This document shows positions 9,872-19,894 of a DNA stretch of 64,000 bases, piece by piece. Each line of letters opens with the position of its first letter. Positions within the stretch are counted from its first letter, which is position 1. This stretch comes from Candidatus Saccharimonadota bacterium (GTDB taxonomy: Bacteria > Patescibacteriota > Saccharimonadia > Saccharimonadales > JACDBH01): positions 66,145 through 130,144 of the forward strand of contig JACDBH010000001.1 in the NCBI GenBank assembly GCA_013694995.1, read 5' to 3'. The position numbers and the translations under genes were made by a program. The notes beneath the pieces were generated by a model. The model saw only the letters and a program-made list of their open reading frames with translations. It did no database searches and was not told where the DNA came from.

Positions 9872-11108
9872 ACACGTCAGACAATATTTGTTTCTCAATC
9901 ATGTTTTTCCGGTTTGTGTAGGCGAACTCAGGATGAGCGCTTTGCAGCTTAAATCTATAGGCTATAGCGGGCTCATTCCCGAGCACATCCCGCTAAGGGT
10001 AAAACCAAACGCGGGCTCGCTCGCACAACCAATCAGGAGAATCATGAACATAAAGAAAGTTTTTGCCCAGTTGGTTGCGCTTGTCGCAGCTATAGTTGGA
10101 GCCACTTTTGCGTTCGTCGCAGTCCCAGTGCATGCACAGGAAGTCGCAAGCAGCCCGCAAGGGGATTGCCTGGAATGGATCGCAGGTGATTCTATCGCTC
10201 CAGATCCCATAACGGGGGAGTTGGTGTTAACCAGCACTATGATCTGCATAAAATACGCCGCGCCGGTCACAGCGATGGTTGCTTATGAATGTGCAACACC
10301 AGCGTCTAATTTGGCAGACCCCAAAGGTCTGGTAATCGGGAAGCTAAATCCGGGGTCTTACGAGATTTTCGGATGGTCGATGGAAGTAAGCACACCTAGC
10401 GGTGTTATATCAGCCAGCTCGACCAGTGGCGGCGACATCAACTTATACGTAACACCGGCCCTCCAGGTCGGCACGTATCAGTGGACTGCGTTGATTGCAA
10501 CTGGTGCCCAAAAGGGTGGCCCACTACAAGGCGCCTTCGAGGTGACCAACGACTGTAACGAGCCATACGCAACGGTCTCTCTCATGAGCCCGCCCTGCAA
10601 TCCGGGGGTGGTTTACATTGAGTCTTTCGAGACAAATGCTCCGATAGGGTCAAACGTACATCTCTACGCCAATGGTGTTGAGGTTCACGTCGGTGAAAAG
10701 GTCAGTGATAGTTCCGCGTTCACGTGGAGCTACGATGGTGGTAATGGCCCGTGGCTAGCCGGTGCTGTAATCAGCAGCACGACTGTTTGCGTCGGTCTGC
10801 CACCTGTCCCACCTGCTCCCGTAGGAGGACTACCGGCCACCGGCACCGCACAGACAGCTGCGACCACGTTCATGGCCCTTGTGGCACTTGGACTAGGTTG
10901 TCTCTGTTTGTGGATCGCTCGCCGACAGCCCACGCAAACCTGAGCTGAAAGGCAACGGGACGGATACTCCAAAGACGCTTACCATCCAGGTATGAATTTT
11001 GCGTGGCATCCGTCCCCTAAGCCCATAAGCTCACCGAGAAACAAGACCGTGAAGGTTTTCCTTCGCACTAAGCTCATCCTTTTATAGGATTAAAGCTGTC
11101 TGACGTGT
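9872..11108 (+). repeat. Long-range inverted repeat pair enclosing the LPATG gene
   Basis: acacgtcagaca 9872-9883 / tgtctgacgtgt 11097-11108; plus ttgtttctc 9888-9896 / gagaaacaa 11036-11044. Confidence 0.8.
10044..10943 (+). CDS. LPXTG-type cell-surface protein, Cys-containing
   Basis: AGGAG RBS, signal peptide ending VHA, C-terminal LPATG + TM + RR. Confidence 0.85.
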   Translation: MNIKKVFAQLVALVAAIVGATFAFVAVPVHAQEVASSPQGDCLEWIAGDSIAPDPITGELVLTSTMICIKYAAPVTAMVAYECATPASNLADPKGLVIGKLNPGSYEIFGWSMEVSTPSGVISASSTSGGDINLYVTPALQVGTYQWTALIATGAQKGGPLQGAFEVTNDCNEPYATVSLMSPPCNPGVVYIESFETNAPIGSNVHLYANGVEVHVGEKVSDSSAFTWSYDGGNGPWLAGAVISSTTVCVGLPPVPPAPVGGLPATGTAQTAATTFMALVALGLGCLCLWIARRQPTQT

Positions 11109-11405
11109 TTCTCCCCTTCGGCTAAAAACATTTAGCCCTGAGGGAGATAAGCAGTTTTCATTACTGTGCAAAAAAAGGGTAGTAATACCGTAAGATATTA
11201 TATTGCTTTTTTAGTATTTAATAGTATAAGATGTTTATCACTCAAGGGAGTACGTTGAGTTTATAATTTGGTTGTTTGCTTTTTGCCACAATTGCAGAAG
11301 ATATTCTGCACTCATGGTAAAAAGTGAGCATGGATTGCCAAAAAAATGATGGGAAAACCTATCGGTAAATGGCAAAAATTACAGTAGCTCCTTTTTACGC
11401 ACTTT

Positions 11406-12300
11406 GACATGTTAGGTAGGTATTAAATTTGGAATACGGAATTTGCACTAAAATTAGTTAAGTACAAGTTCCGTATTCCAATTAGGGAGTATCGGGCGCA
11501 AGCGGGCGCGGCAATCCAGCCAATCGCAACGACAAGGGAGGAATCCTTTGAAAAAGCATAAGTTGGGACAGGCCGCACTGATTGTGTTCGGCATGTTCTC
11601 GTTCATAGTTGGCTTCGCGCCAGCGGCTTTTGCAACCGTGGATCGGGTATGCCCGGGAGACAAAGTGGATGTCAGCGGCTCTTTCGAGTCGATTACGCTC
11701 ACTGCGCCCGAGGGTTACCTCATCAGCGGCTACTGCGTCAAGTCGTCCAGCGTGAACCAAGGCGAGGGCCCAGAGTTTGTAATAGTGGATCCACCCCAGG
11801 CAACTGTGACCATCACGCACAGCTCTGGCAAGGACATCAGTCACTATTCACTCACCCTGGTTCCCAAGCCGGTCGTGACAACCACGACGGTAGCTCCAAC
11901 AACAACCACGATGGCTCCGACCACAACGGTAGGTCCGACGACGTCAGTGGCGCCAACCACAACAATGGCGCCAACTACAACAGCGGCGGCACCGACAACC
12001 ACTGCTGTGGGTCCGACTACCACTAAGCCCACCGGGACTATCCCAGTCGTCACGACAGCTCCAACGCCACCGACAGCACCTCCTACGGGATTGCCTAAGA
12101 CCGGCGTGAGTTCACTGACGACGTTCCTGTTGGGATTGGGCTTATCGTCAGCTGGTGTTGCGGTAATTATGCTCACGCGACGGCGCCCAGCAAGGTGAGA
12201 AACTGGTAGCCTCGGGGCTCTTTGTTAGCTGTCGCGCCTCGTATGCGTGCATAACAAATCCCTGAGGCCTCAGCCTCCCTCTAACCCTGCCTAACATGTC
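11406..12300 (+). repeat. Long-range inverted repeat pair enclosing the LPKTG gene
   Basis: gacatgttaggtagg 11406-11420 / cctgcctaacatgtc 12286-12300 (14/15, the mismatch is G-U compatible). Confidence 0.8.
11548..12198 (+). CDS. LPXTG-type cell-surface protein with (A/G)PTTT repeat stalk
   Basis: GGAGG RBS with TTG start, signal peptide ending AFA, YCVKS domain, Thr-rich repeats, LPKTG + TM + RRR. Confidence 0.88.
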   Translation: MKKHKLGQAALIVFGMFSFIVGFAPAAFATVDRVCPGDKVDVSGSFESITLTAPEGYLISGYCVKSSSVNQGEGPEFVIVDPPQATVTITHSSGKDISHYSLTLVPKPVVTTTTVAPTTTTMAPTTTVGPTTSVAPTTTMAPTTTAAAPTTTAVGPTTTKPTGTIPVVTTAPTPPTAPPTGLPKTGVSSLTTFLLGLGLSSAGVAVIMLTRRRPAR

Positions 12301-12434
12301 CTCAAACTACGTAATTATGAATGAAGTTCCCGTAGCATTAAGGCTGCGGTTTTTTGTTTTATTTTCAGCTAACAATAATTATAAACGCTCATGTTTGTGT
12401 AAATGCTAACTATGCAATATAATAAGCTTTAGAT

Positions 12435-13712
12435 ATGAGTGACTATGAAGCGGCAGCTATAGCAGTGGAACCAGGTAGGCATCCTCTTATTCGGGGTGTA
12501 ATGGCCGGGACAGCATTACTGAGTTTAATAGGCCCAGACCGAGCAGAAGCTGCACTGCCACCAGTAAATCCTGGTGAAGTTGTAAACCTAACCGGGCTGG
12601 AACCCAATACGATTGCTGTAATTAACCATACAAGTGTTGGCCGCGGAGAGGGATGGTCGGCAATCTATACAACGGAAAACGGCTACCAAGGCAGCTCTGA
12701 TACCAACACTAAATATAATGGCCACGTTTCCCCGAACTTGGCTTTTGTTGATACCGGATCACAAGGCAAGGTGAGCATCTTAACGGGTGTCTCTGCGCAG
12801 GATCAAATCGCGGATGCTATACTTAGTTTTCCAAAAACCGCTGCTACAGACTTTTATCCAAGCCCAAAGCGCACATTAGATACTCGGTCATATAGTGCCA
12901 AGTACGTCGCAAATCAAATAGTGGAAGTTAATTATGGTGCCGAACGTGCAGGTCAGGCGGCAGTAATGAACATCACCGTTGATCTGGCCAAGTCACCATC
13001 ATGGTATGCTGCATATCCATGTGCAGAAGGTTACAACGGCACTTCTAGCGTGAACCCGGACGGAATAGGTGCGCATCCAACAGCCGAAATTGTAATGATC
13101 GATAAAAACGGTAAAGTTTGTATTATGGGTTCGGTTGATGCCTTCGGGCTTATTGTGGATACCTATGGCTTTTTAAAGGGCATACCAATTCAACCACCAA
13201 AGAGAATCCTAGACACTCGTATAAATAAAGACAAAGTTATAAAGGGGCAGGAACGAGTTATAGAATTTGGTTTAGAAAATGCTAATAAAATATTCATAGG
13301 AAAGTTAGCCAGTGATCAGACTGACGGGGCAGGTTGGATATCTGTCTATCCTACCGAAAGCGGTTTTCAGAACACTTCCGTTATAAATCCAGATGGCAAG
13401 AACCCAACCTCAGGCTTGGTGGTCACCATGTTAGATAGCAAGGGAAGAATGAGTATTCTGCTCGGGGCTGCAAATGCGACAGATATCATAATCGATCAGA
13501 GTTCAATATTTGATCCGGCATTACTAGGAATAGATGTAGCTAAAATTGTCCCGCCAAAACGAATCTTAGATAGCCGCGTGAGCCGTCCTGATTTGCCACC
13601 CCCATTCGTCGATCCATGTCCTCCTGGATCGCACGCCGACATGTCTACTTGGCATGATAATAATGGAGATGGTATTGTACAGCGTACCGAGGTACTTTGT
13701 TATTTTAATTAA
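12435..13712 (+). CDS. Exported protein with repeated P-x-R-x-LD-[TS]-R modules
   Basis: PKRTLDTR, PKRILDTR, PKRILDSR; AAVMNITV, GWISVYP; resembles actinobacterial surface modules. Confidence 0.75.
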   Translation: MSDYEAAAIAVEPGRHPLIRGVMAGTALLSLIGPDRAEAALPPVNPGEVVNLTGLEPNTIAVINHTSVGRGEGWSAIYTTENGYQGSSDTNTKYNGHVSPNLAFVDTGSQGKVSILTGVSAQDQIADAILSFPKTAATDFYPSPKRTLDTRSYSAKYVANQIVEVNYGAERAGQAAVMNITVDLAKSPSWYAAYPCAEGYNGTSSVNPDGIGAHPTAEIVMIDKNGKVCIMGSVDAFGLIVDTYGFLKGIPIQPPKRILDTRINKDKVIKGQERVIEFGLENANKIFIGKLASDQTDGAGWISVYPTESGFQNTSVINPDGKNPTSGLVVTMLDSKGRMSILLGAANATDIIIDQSSIFDPALLGIDVAKIVPPKRILDSRVSRPDLPPPFVDPCPPGSHADMSTWHDNNGDGIVQRTEVLCYFN

Positions 13713-13758
13713 TCATTAAAGCTGACCTGTCCATCACGGTTATGGTATGCTTTAAGTA

Positions 13759-14286
13759 ATGAAAAAGCGCAAGCTTATTTTGGTCGGCGTCGGACTCATT
13801 CTTATATCAGCCCTAAGTATAGGTACAGTGCTGAAATTGAATAAAAACAATGAGAATGAATCTAATACTGATAATACTACAGGGCTTGACGCCAACTTTA
13901 AACGAATAGAAAACGCTACAAGAGAATATGACGCGAAGGAAGAAAAGCGTATAGCGGAGCTTGTGTCTAGAGTCACCTCAGTAGATAGTTTAAAAGAATT
14001 AGATGAGGCAGATCAAGCAAAAGTTGGGGTTATTATACTAAGACAATCCGACATCGATCCTGTGCTTGCAAGACAATACGCGGCTTATCTCATGCTACGT
14101 TCAGGCTCCGTCGGTCTGGAGGCTTCTAAGTTTTGTTATAAATTTTCAGAAGGCGACACAGTAGCTCAAATGGTATGTGTGCAACGGGCGAACGAGCTAG
14201 CAAGGGATCAAGGGATTATTAAGCCAGGGGAAACATTGCCGGAGGTGTACTTTAAGGAAACGCCTTCTAGCGAGGAACTTGGATGA
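13759..14286 (+). CDS. Hypothetical protein with N-terminal membrane anchor
   Basis: MKKRK + hydrophobic segment; stop overlaps next start. Confidence 0.75.
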   Translation: MKKRKLILVGVGLILISALSIGTVLKLNKNNENESNTDNTTGLDANFKRIENATREYDAKEEKRIAELVSRVTSVDSLKELDEADQAKVGVIILRQSDIDPVLARQYAAYLMLRSGSVGLEASKFCYKFSEGDTVAQMVCVQRANELARDQGIIKPGETLPEVYFKETPSSEELG

Positions 14287-17200
14287 GTATTTTACTTAGA
14301 CTGCTCATACAAAGAAGATATTGGGTATTCGCTACAGGCTTATTGATCTCTTTCTTTATTCTCCTAGGTATCCCTTTCAAAGCGTCGGCACTGATAGGTG
14401 ACTTAACAAATGCGATACCGAATAATGGCTCTGCTCCTTGGCTTGTTGTTACGCGGCCGGGATCGAATGGTATGGATGCACCCAGGCAACATGTTGTAGC
14501 ATATGTCCCTATTACTCTAACAAGTTTTGACTTTAGAATTGAAGATGCATGCGATAGCACAGTAAATGATAATAACGGAACTAATAATAATACTTTTTTT
14601 GATTTTTCAGCTGCAAGTGTAACAGGTGGATATTCTGTAGGTCCTGGAACAATACGAGTTGAATGTACGAGTGGCGTAGATCTTATACTTACGGTTAATA
14701 TAGATCCATCCATTGTATCCACTACGACAATACAAACTTCAGGAGGTCCAGTCTCATACTATGAGCTTCCAATAACTGCTAGAACTGAAACAGAACTCAA
14801 TCCTTATTATGTAAATCGCTTTCGTTATGACGGTGCTACGGGTGGCACCCTTTTTGGTTTCGCAGCAACAAATGGGAACCCCGGTACAAACACCCAACTG
14901 TACACAGGCATTGCTTATTCCAATGCACCCGGAGGTTGGGGATGGGATACGGCACTTACTTTTGCCTTGGAGTGTACTGCTCCAGCGGTTACTACCAGCA
15001 TTTTTTTCTTTGATACGGATCACGTTAATGCCAACAGCTCAAGTTCGCCATATTGGCAAAATAATCTTCAGCCCATGAGATGGCAGCTATGGTCATATGA
15101 TAGAGCCACCGGTGGAGATCAAAGGAACGAAGGTGGCCCTTCCGGACTGGGGGGCGATAATAATCAGCCTGATGCCACACCATTAATAAACTTTACTTCA
15201 GACAGGATATATCAACTAGTTATTACAAATGTAAACTACGTAAATAGTATTCAAATAGCGCTACCCCTTAAGCAGATTCATGCAAAGAGTTCTTGTAATT
15301 CTCCGCCCACAGGTACTAATCCAACCGGCTCATTCTCTATGACGTGTGATCCAGGAACAGGCGTTATTAATGTAACCGTTACGGCCTCGGACGCTGATGG
15401 TGGTAATGTCACTGTCACCGCTAATGTATCTGGGGCAGGAGTACCACCGAGCCGTACAGCCAGTGGTAGTGGTACGTTTGGTATGGGTGGAACTTTCCAG
15501 CGTGCCCCGGATGGTTCAATATACACTGTAACTGGTACGGTTACGGATGATGACGGGGTTACGGTAGATCTTAGGCCTGTTAGTGTTACTTGTGCACGTC
15601 CAGCAATTTCGTACACATGCAGGCTGATGACTAATCCAGTTATCACAGCTGGAATCGAGGTGGGTAGTCCGTTTGATCTGATAATTGTTATTGACCGCAG
15701 TCTTAGTTCAATTTATGAGCTGCCAATTAATAACACGACACACCCTATAACAGTCGGTGACTCACCGCCGGGTCTGAGTGGGGTCGGTCCCTCTGCCGGG
15801 TATACTTATACAGCCAATCCTGGTTCGGTGACTCAAGTTACTGACGGTGGTATATCTAGCAATACACCGAATACATACACAATTGCGGCAAGGGTTGGTG
15901 ACGTTGCATGCCCCCCAATACAGATTATAATCGGCCTAAAATCATATTTGAAAATATATGGCGGGGATGTGTGGGCGGGGGGTGGTTTTGGTGAAGCTTG
16001 CAGTGCTGGTTCTGGTGGGGTAGCCGGTTGGGCTCGTCCTAATGGACAAGGATATGCTGGCGCTTCAAGCCAGTTTACACTTACGGCACTTCTTAACATT
16101 AATGAATTTTACTCAGTTTCAACTCGTCAAATTCCTGAGAATACCGCACCGCCGAAGGGTTTAACATTTGCGAATACTACAGCTGCTGAATATGGCTCCG
16201 GCTTTGGTGGCACTGGACGCTGCATGATTGATTACTATAATGAAACTAAGGACAGTACTTTAAATGCAGCCGCGGCCGCACCATTTCCGCCCTCGACACC
16301 TCCACCGACTTATACAGATGTTGCACCATCAAGCTCTAAAACAGCGTCGAGTACTCTAGGTGGATACAGCTATTCACCCGAGGCAGTAACTGATGGCCTA
16401 TATGGCGTAGCACCAACAGCAGGGAATAAAGGCGAATGGGCTTCAAATGGTGGTGCAAACAATGTTACATGGATTCGCCTGACATGGACTACGCCGGTTA
16501 CATTAAGTAAAATGGATATTTTTGATAGGTCGAACCTGACCGATTGGGTAAGAACGGCTACGGTAACCTTTAGCGACGGAAGTAGTATTGTTATTAATGA
16601 CCCGCCAAATGACGGCGAGACTCCTTTGACCCGTACTTTTTCTGCCCGATCTGTAACCTGGATGCAGTTAACTATTAATGACAAGGGCGGATCGAGTAAT
16701 ACGGGGTTTGGGGAAGTAAGGGCTTATGAAGCGTCCACCACCATTGGTAAAGTACAATATAATATTTCAGGTAATTGGAGCCCTAGTGGGTTTACGATTC
16801 CTAAAGGTGCGCAAGTAGCCGTGTATGTTGACGGTGATGCCTACATAGGCGGTAATATCACACTTGATCCTAGTCCAAGGACTTCAAGGAAAGAAATCCC
16901 GTACTTTGCCTTAATTGTCCGCGGTAATATTTATATAGATAATAATGTGACGCAGATTGATGGATTGTATGTCGCTCAGCCAAATGGGGCTAGCGGCGGT
17001 AGAATATATACCTGCTTTCCGGTTAATCCCCTAGGAAACAAATATACGCTTTCTGAGTTGTATAATAACTGCCAGACACAACTCAGTATCAACGGGGCAT
17101 TACTTGCAGATAAAGTACGTTTCCTGCGCGTTTTTATGTCACTCAAGGACGCTACATTTAATGAACTTCCTAATTTTGCGAACGGCTCAGGTATTTTTAG

Positions 17201-17348
17201 GCCTAGAATCAATAATGCCGCAGAAATAATAAATTATACGCCGGAAATGTACCTAGCAGACAGACCATTTAAGCTGCCGGATGAGACGGCAGGGGATACG
17301 GATGCGTCAAGATATGATGCAATTACTGGGTTACCGCCGATATATTAG
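14283..17348 (+). CDS. Large exported pilus-associated adhesin-like protein with discoidin-like insert
   Basis: Signal peptide, Ig-like repeats, YGGDVWAGG, WIRLTW..PVTL..M.IFDR domain, IDGLYVA, LPPIY end; directly upstream of pilM. Confidence 0.7.
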   Translation: MSILLRLLIQRRYWVFATGLLISFFILLGIPFKASALIGDLTNAIPNNGSAPWLVVTRPGSNGMDAPRQHVVAYVPITLTSFDFRIEDACDSTVNDNNGTNNNTFFDFSAASVTGGYSVGPGTIRVECTSGVDLILTVNIDPSIVSTTTIQTSGGPVSYYELPITARTETELNPYYVNRFRYDGATGGTLFGFAATNGNPGTNTQLYTGIAYSNAPGGWGWDTALTFALECTAPAVTTSIFFFDTDHVNANSSSSPYWQNNLQPMRWQLWSYDRATGGDQRNEGGPSGLGGDNNQPDATPLINFTSDRIYQLVITNVNYVNSIQIALPLKQIHAKSSCNSPPTGTNPTGSFSMTCDPGTGVINVTVTASDADGGNVTVTANVSGAGVPPSRTASGSGTFGMGGTFQRAPDGSIYTVTGTVTDDDGVTVDLRPVSVTCARPAISYTCRLMTNPVITAGIEVGSPFDLIIVIDRSLSSIYELPINNTTHPITVGDSPPGLSGVGPSAGYTYTANPGSVTQVTDGGISSNTPNTYTIAARVGDVACPPIQIIIGLKSYLKIYGGDVWAGGGFGEACSAGSGGVAGWARPNGQGYAGASSQFTLTALLNINEFYSVSTRQIPENTAPPKGLTFANTTAAEYGSGFGGTGRCMIDYYNETKDSTLNAAAAAPFPPSTPPPTYTDVAPSSSKTASSTLGGYSYSPEAVTDGLYGVAPTAGNKGEWASNGGANNVTWIRLTWTTPVTLSKMDIFDRSNLTDWVRTATVTFSDGSSIVINDPPNDGETPLTRTFSARSVTWMQLTINDKGGSSNTGFGEVRAYEASTTIGKVQYNISGNWSPSGFTIPKGAQVAVYVDGDAYIGGNITLDPSPRTSRKEIPYFALIVRGNIYIDNNVTQIDGLYVAQPNGASGGRIYTCFPVNPLGNKYTLSELYNNCQTQLSINGALLADKVRFLRVFMSLKDATFNELPNFANGSGIFRPRINNAAEIINYTPEMYLADRPFKLPDETAGDTDASRYDAITGLPPIY

Positions 17349-17515
17349 CCGTAATATTGGTGTGGAAAGTTGCGGTTTTACGTCGTGCTTATGCTATAAT
17401 CGGAATTAATTATGAGTCCAGTTAGCTAACAAATAATTAGCTGGATCATACGGTGGGTATCATGAAAAATATCGAAGTACAAAACTTACAAAAAAGACCA
17501 GGACTCTAAACTAGT

Positions 17516-18556
17516 ATGAGCATACTGAGTGGGGTATCTAATTTCTTCGGCCTTGATATAGGTACTACTGCCGTGCGCGTAGTCCAATTAAGAGGCACCG
17601 GACCAGCTAAAGCTTTGGTTAAGTACGGCTACCTGCCGATAGATAGCAAATTGTCCATGAGTGATTCCAAGACTGATCTGCAAAAGATTGCCCAATCAGT
17701 CAAAGAACTGGTTACCCAAGCAGGGATTACCTCTAAGGAAGTGGCGGTAGGGCTGCCCTCAAGCAAGGTATTTACAACAGTTGCAGAATTTGACAAATTA
17801 TCACCGTCTGAAATGCAAAAAACTCTACAGTACCAAGCTGAATCACTTATCCCTACGCCGCTTAGCGAGAGCAAGATTGACTGGGCACTAATCGGCGAAT
17901 CCCCAAAAGATCCTGCAAAAGTAGAGGTACTTCTAAGTAGTGTAACTAACGAATTTGTTGAAAGCCGACTGGAAATGCTCGAATCCATTGGACTTAATGT
18001 CATAGCATTCGAACCTGACGCTATAGCACTTGTTCGAGCAATGACGGCGGCCGATAATCCATTGCCGGTATTGGTTATCGATATGGGCAGTAAAACTACC
18101 GATATGGTTGTAACAATGGGTGGCGTGCCGCGCCTGACGCGGTCTTTGCCTACAGGCACAGATGCCGTACTGCGTTCTGCTATTCAAAATCTTAATATTG
18201 ACGAGAAACAAGCCCAGCAGTTCGTATTTAAATTCGGCCTTGGCAAGGAGAAGTTAGAGGGGCAAATCTACAACGCAATTATTGGGACTATCGATCTACT
18301 AGTAAACGACATCGAGAAGTCGATTAAATTCTTCCTATCAAAATACCCAACAGTAAAATTTGATCGGATTATTATGACCGGCGGAGCATCAGTGCTACCT
18401 GAGTTTCCGCTGTACATCGCCAACAAATTTGGTATCAATGTTGAAATAGGCAATGCCTGGCGTAACGTTGCATTTCCGGCCGATAGGCAAAATGAACTTT
18501 TGGCTGTATCTAATCATTTTGGTGTTGCAGCAGGGCTGGCGGAGCGAAACGAATGA
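17516..18556 (+). CDS. pilM: Type IV pilus assembly protein PilM
   Basis: FGLDIGTTAVRVVQL, VIDMGSKTT, IMTGGAS, VAAGLA. Confidence 0.95.
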   Translation: MSILSGVSNFFGLDIGTTAVRVVQLRGTGPAKALVKYGYLPIDSKLSMSDSKTDLQKIAQSVKELVTQAGITSKEVAVGLPSSKVFTTVAEFDKLSPSEMQKTLQYQAESLIPTPLSESKIDWALIGESPKDPAKVEVLLSSVTNEFVESRLEMLESIGLNVIAFEPDAIALVRAMTAADNPLPVLVIDMGSKTTDMVVTMGGVPRLTRSLPTGTDAVLRSAIQNLNIDEKQAQQFVFKFGLGKEKLEGQIYNAIIGTIDLLVNDIEKSIKFFLSKYPTVKFDRIIMTGGASVLPEFPLYIANKFGINVEIGNAWRNVAFPADRQNELLAVSNHFGVAAGLAERNE

Positions 18557-19233
18557 TCCAATTTAACCTCCTTCCTGATATAAAAGTAGAGTTCATGCGC
18601 ACAAAGCGGCTGAAGCGCGTTATTATACTAGGCTCAGTCATTGCATCCATAGTTTCAATATTAATAATGATGGGAATGTTTTCTTTAAATGCAGCTCAAA
18701 ATCTCCACCTCAGTAATCTGGATGAGGATATCAAAAAAATTAAGTCAGAATTTGATGCCAACCCGGACCTCAATAAAATATTGACTGTGCAGAACCAACT
18801 TAATAGTTTGCCCTCGCTTTATGCCAGTCGTCCAGCGGCGACCCGGCTGACAAAATACATCGAACAGACAACCCCAGCCGATATTGGACTAACCAAGATA
18901 GTAGTTAATTTCACAGATTATACAATGGAGGTGTCTGGAAAATCATCGTCACTACAAACAGTTAATACTTATGCAGATACCTTGAAGTTTACGTCTTATA
19001 CCACGGGTAGCGACCAGACGACAGCTTTAGCCTTTAAAGATGTTGTTTTAAGTGAATTCAGCCGGGATGAGATAGCGGAATTTACGATAACTTTAGCTTA
19101 TGATCCGCTTATATTTGATGAGGCGGAAGAAGTAAACCTTGTAATTCCAAGTGCAGTTACTACTCGTTCAGAGCTTGCAAGACCCGGCTTTGACCTATTT
19201 GTAGGTACTCCAACAGAAACAGAGGAGCAATAA
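18553..19233 (+). CDS. pilN: Type IV pilus assembly protein PilN-like
   Basis: N-terminal FNLLP motif, TM, coiled coil; follows pilM. Confidence 0.85.
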   Translation: MIQFNLLPDIKVEFMRTKRLKRVIILGSVIASIVSILIMMGMFSLNAAQNLHLSNLDEDIKKIKSEFDANPDLNKILTVQNQLNSLPSLYASRPAATRLTKYIEQTTPADIGLTKIVVNFTDYTMEVSGKSSSLQTVNTYADTLKFTSYTTGSDQTTALAFKDVVLSEFSRDEIAEFTITLAYDPLIFDEAEEVNLVIPSAVTTRSELARPGFDLFVGTPTETEEQ

Positions 19234-19234
19234 T

Positions 19235-19894
19235 ATGGCTACTGCAAAAAAGCAGACCAAACGGGCAAGTGTAGATAAGGATAAAACTACAATATTTGTG
19301 ATTGTGGCTATAGCAGCCTTGCTAGTAACTGGATCGTTGGTTGTAAGTAAGAATCTTTTAAGCCAAGGTAACTATCTCAGCAAGGTAGCTGGTAAAAAAG
19401 AAGTAGCACTAAAACAACTTGAGAATAACAAGCAAGCGGCCTCTACTTTAGAGCAGTCTTATAAAGACTTTGCCAATCAGGATCCTAATCTTATTGGCGG
19501 GACAGTCGCAGGCAAGGGTGAGCGTGATGGTGATAATGCTAAACTTATCCTTGACGCGCTACCTAGCAAGTATGATTTTCCGGCATTGACCGCAAGCATT
19601 GAGAAGATGCTAACTGGCTATTCCATCGAAGAAATAGAAGGCGTGGATGACGCATTATCACAACAATCAGCTGTACCGGCAGGTTCAGTTGAAATGCCTT
19701 TCTCTATGGATATAATTACTAATTATGAAGGTCTTCGGACGCTGCTAGAGAAGCTTGACCGTTCTATTCGTCCTTTTCAGATTACAAAAATTGACTTAAG
19801 TGGCACTAATGCTGCGTTACAATCAAAAATTGAGGCAAAAACCTATTACCAACCTGAAAAAGGCCTGCAAATAACCAATGAAAGCGTAATATGA
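19235..19894 (+). CDS. pilO: PilO-like protein
   Basis: TM, coiled coil, ALPS, Y..L..LL..L.RSIR; position after pilN. Confidence 0.75.
   Translation: MATAKKQTKRASVDKDKTTIFVIVAIAALLVTGSLVVSKNLLSQGNYLSKVAGKKEVALKQLENNKQAASTLEQSYKDFANQDPNLIGGTVAGKGERDGDNAKLILDALPSKYDFPALTASIEKMLTGYSIEEIEGVDDALSQQSAVPAGSVEMPFSMDIITNYEGLRTLLEKLDRSIRPFQITKIDLSGTNAALQSKIEAKTYYQPEKGLQITNESVI

Noticed and set aside
9888..10043. N-terminal extension of the LPATG ORF
   Set aside because: SD and signal peptide indicate a start at 10044; the upstream part reads as structured leader
11870..12030. CRISPR-like or tandem DNA repeat
   Set aside because: Degenerate repeats simply encode the PTTT stalk; no spacers or cas genes
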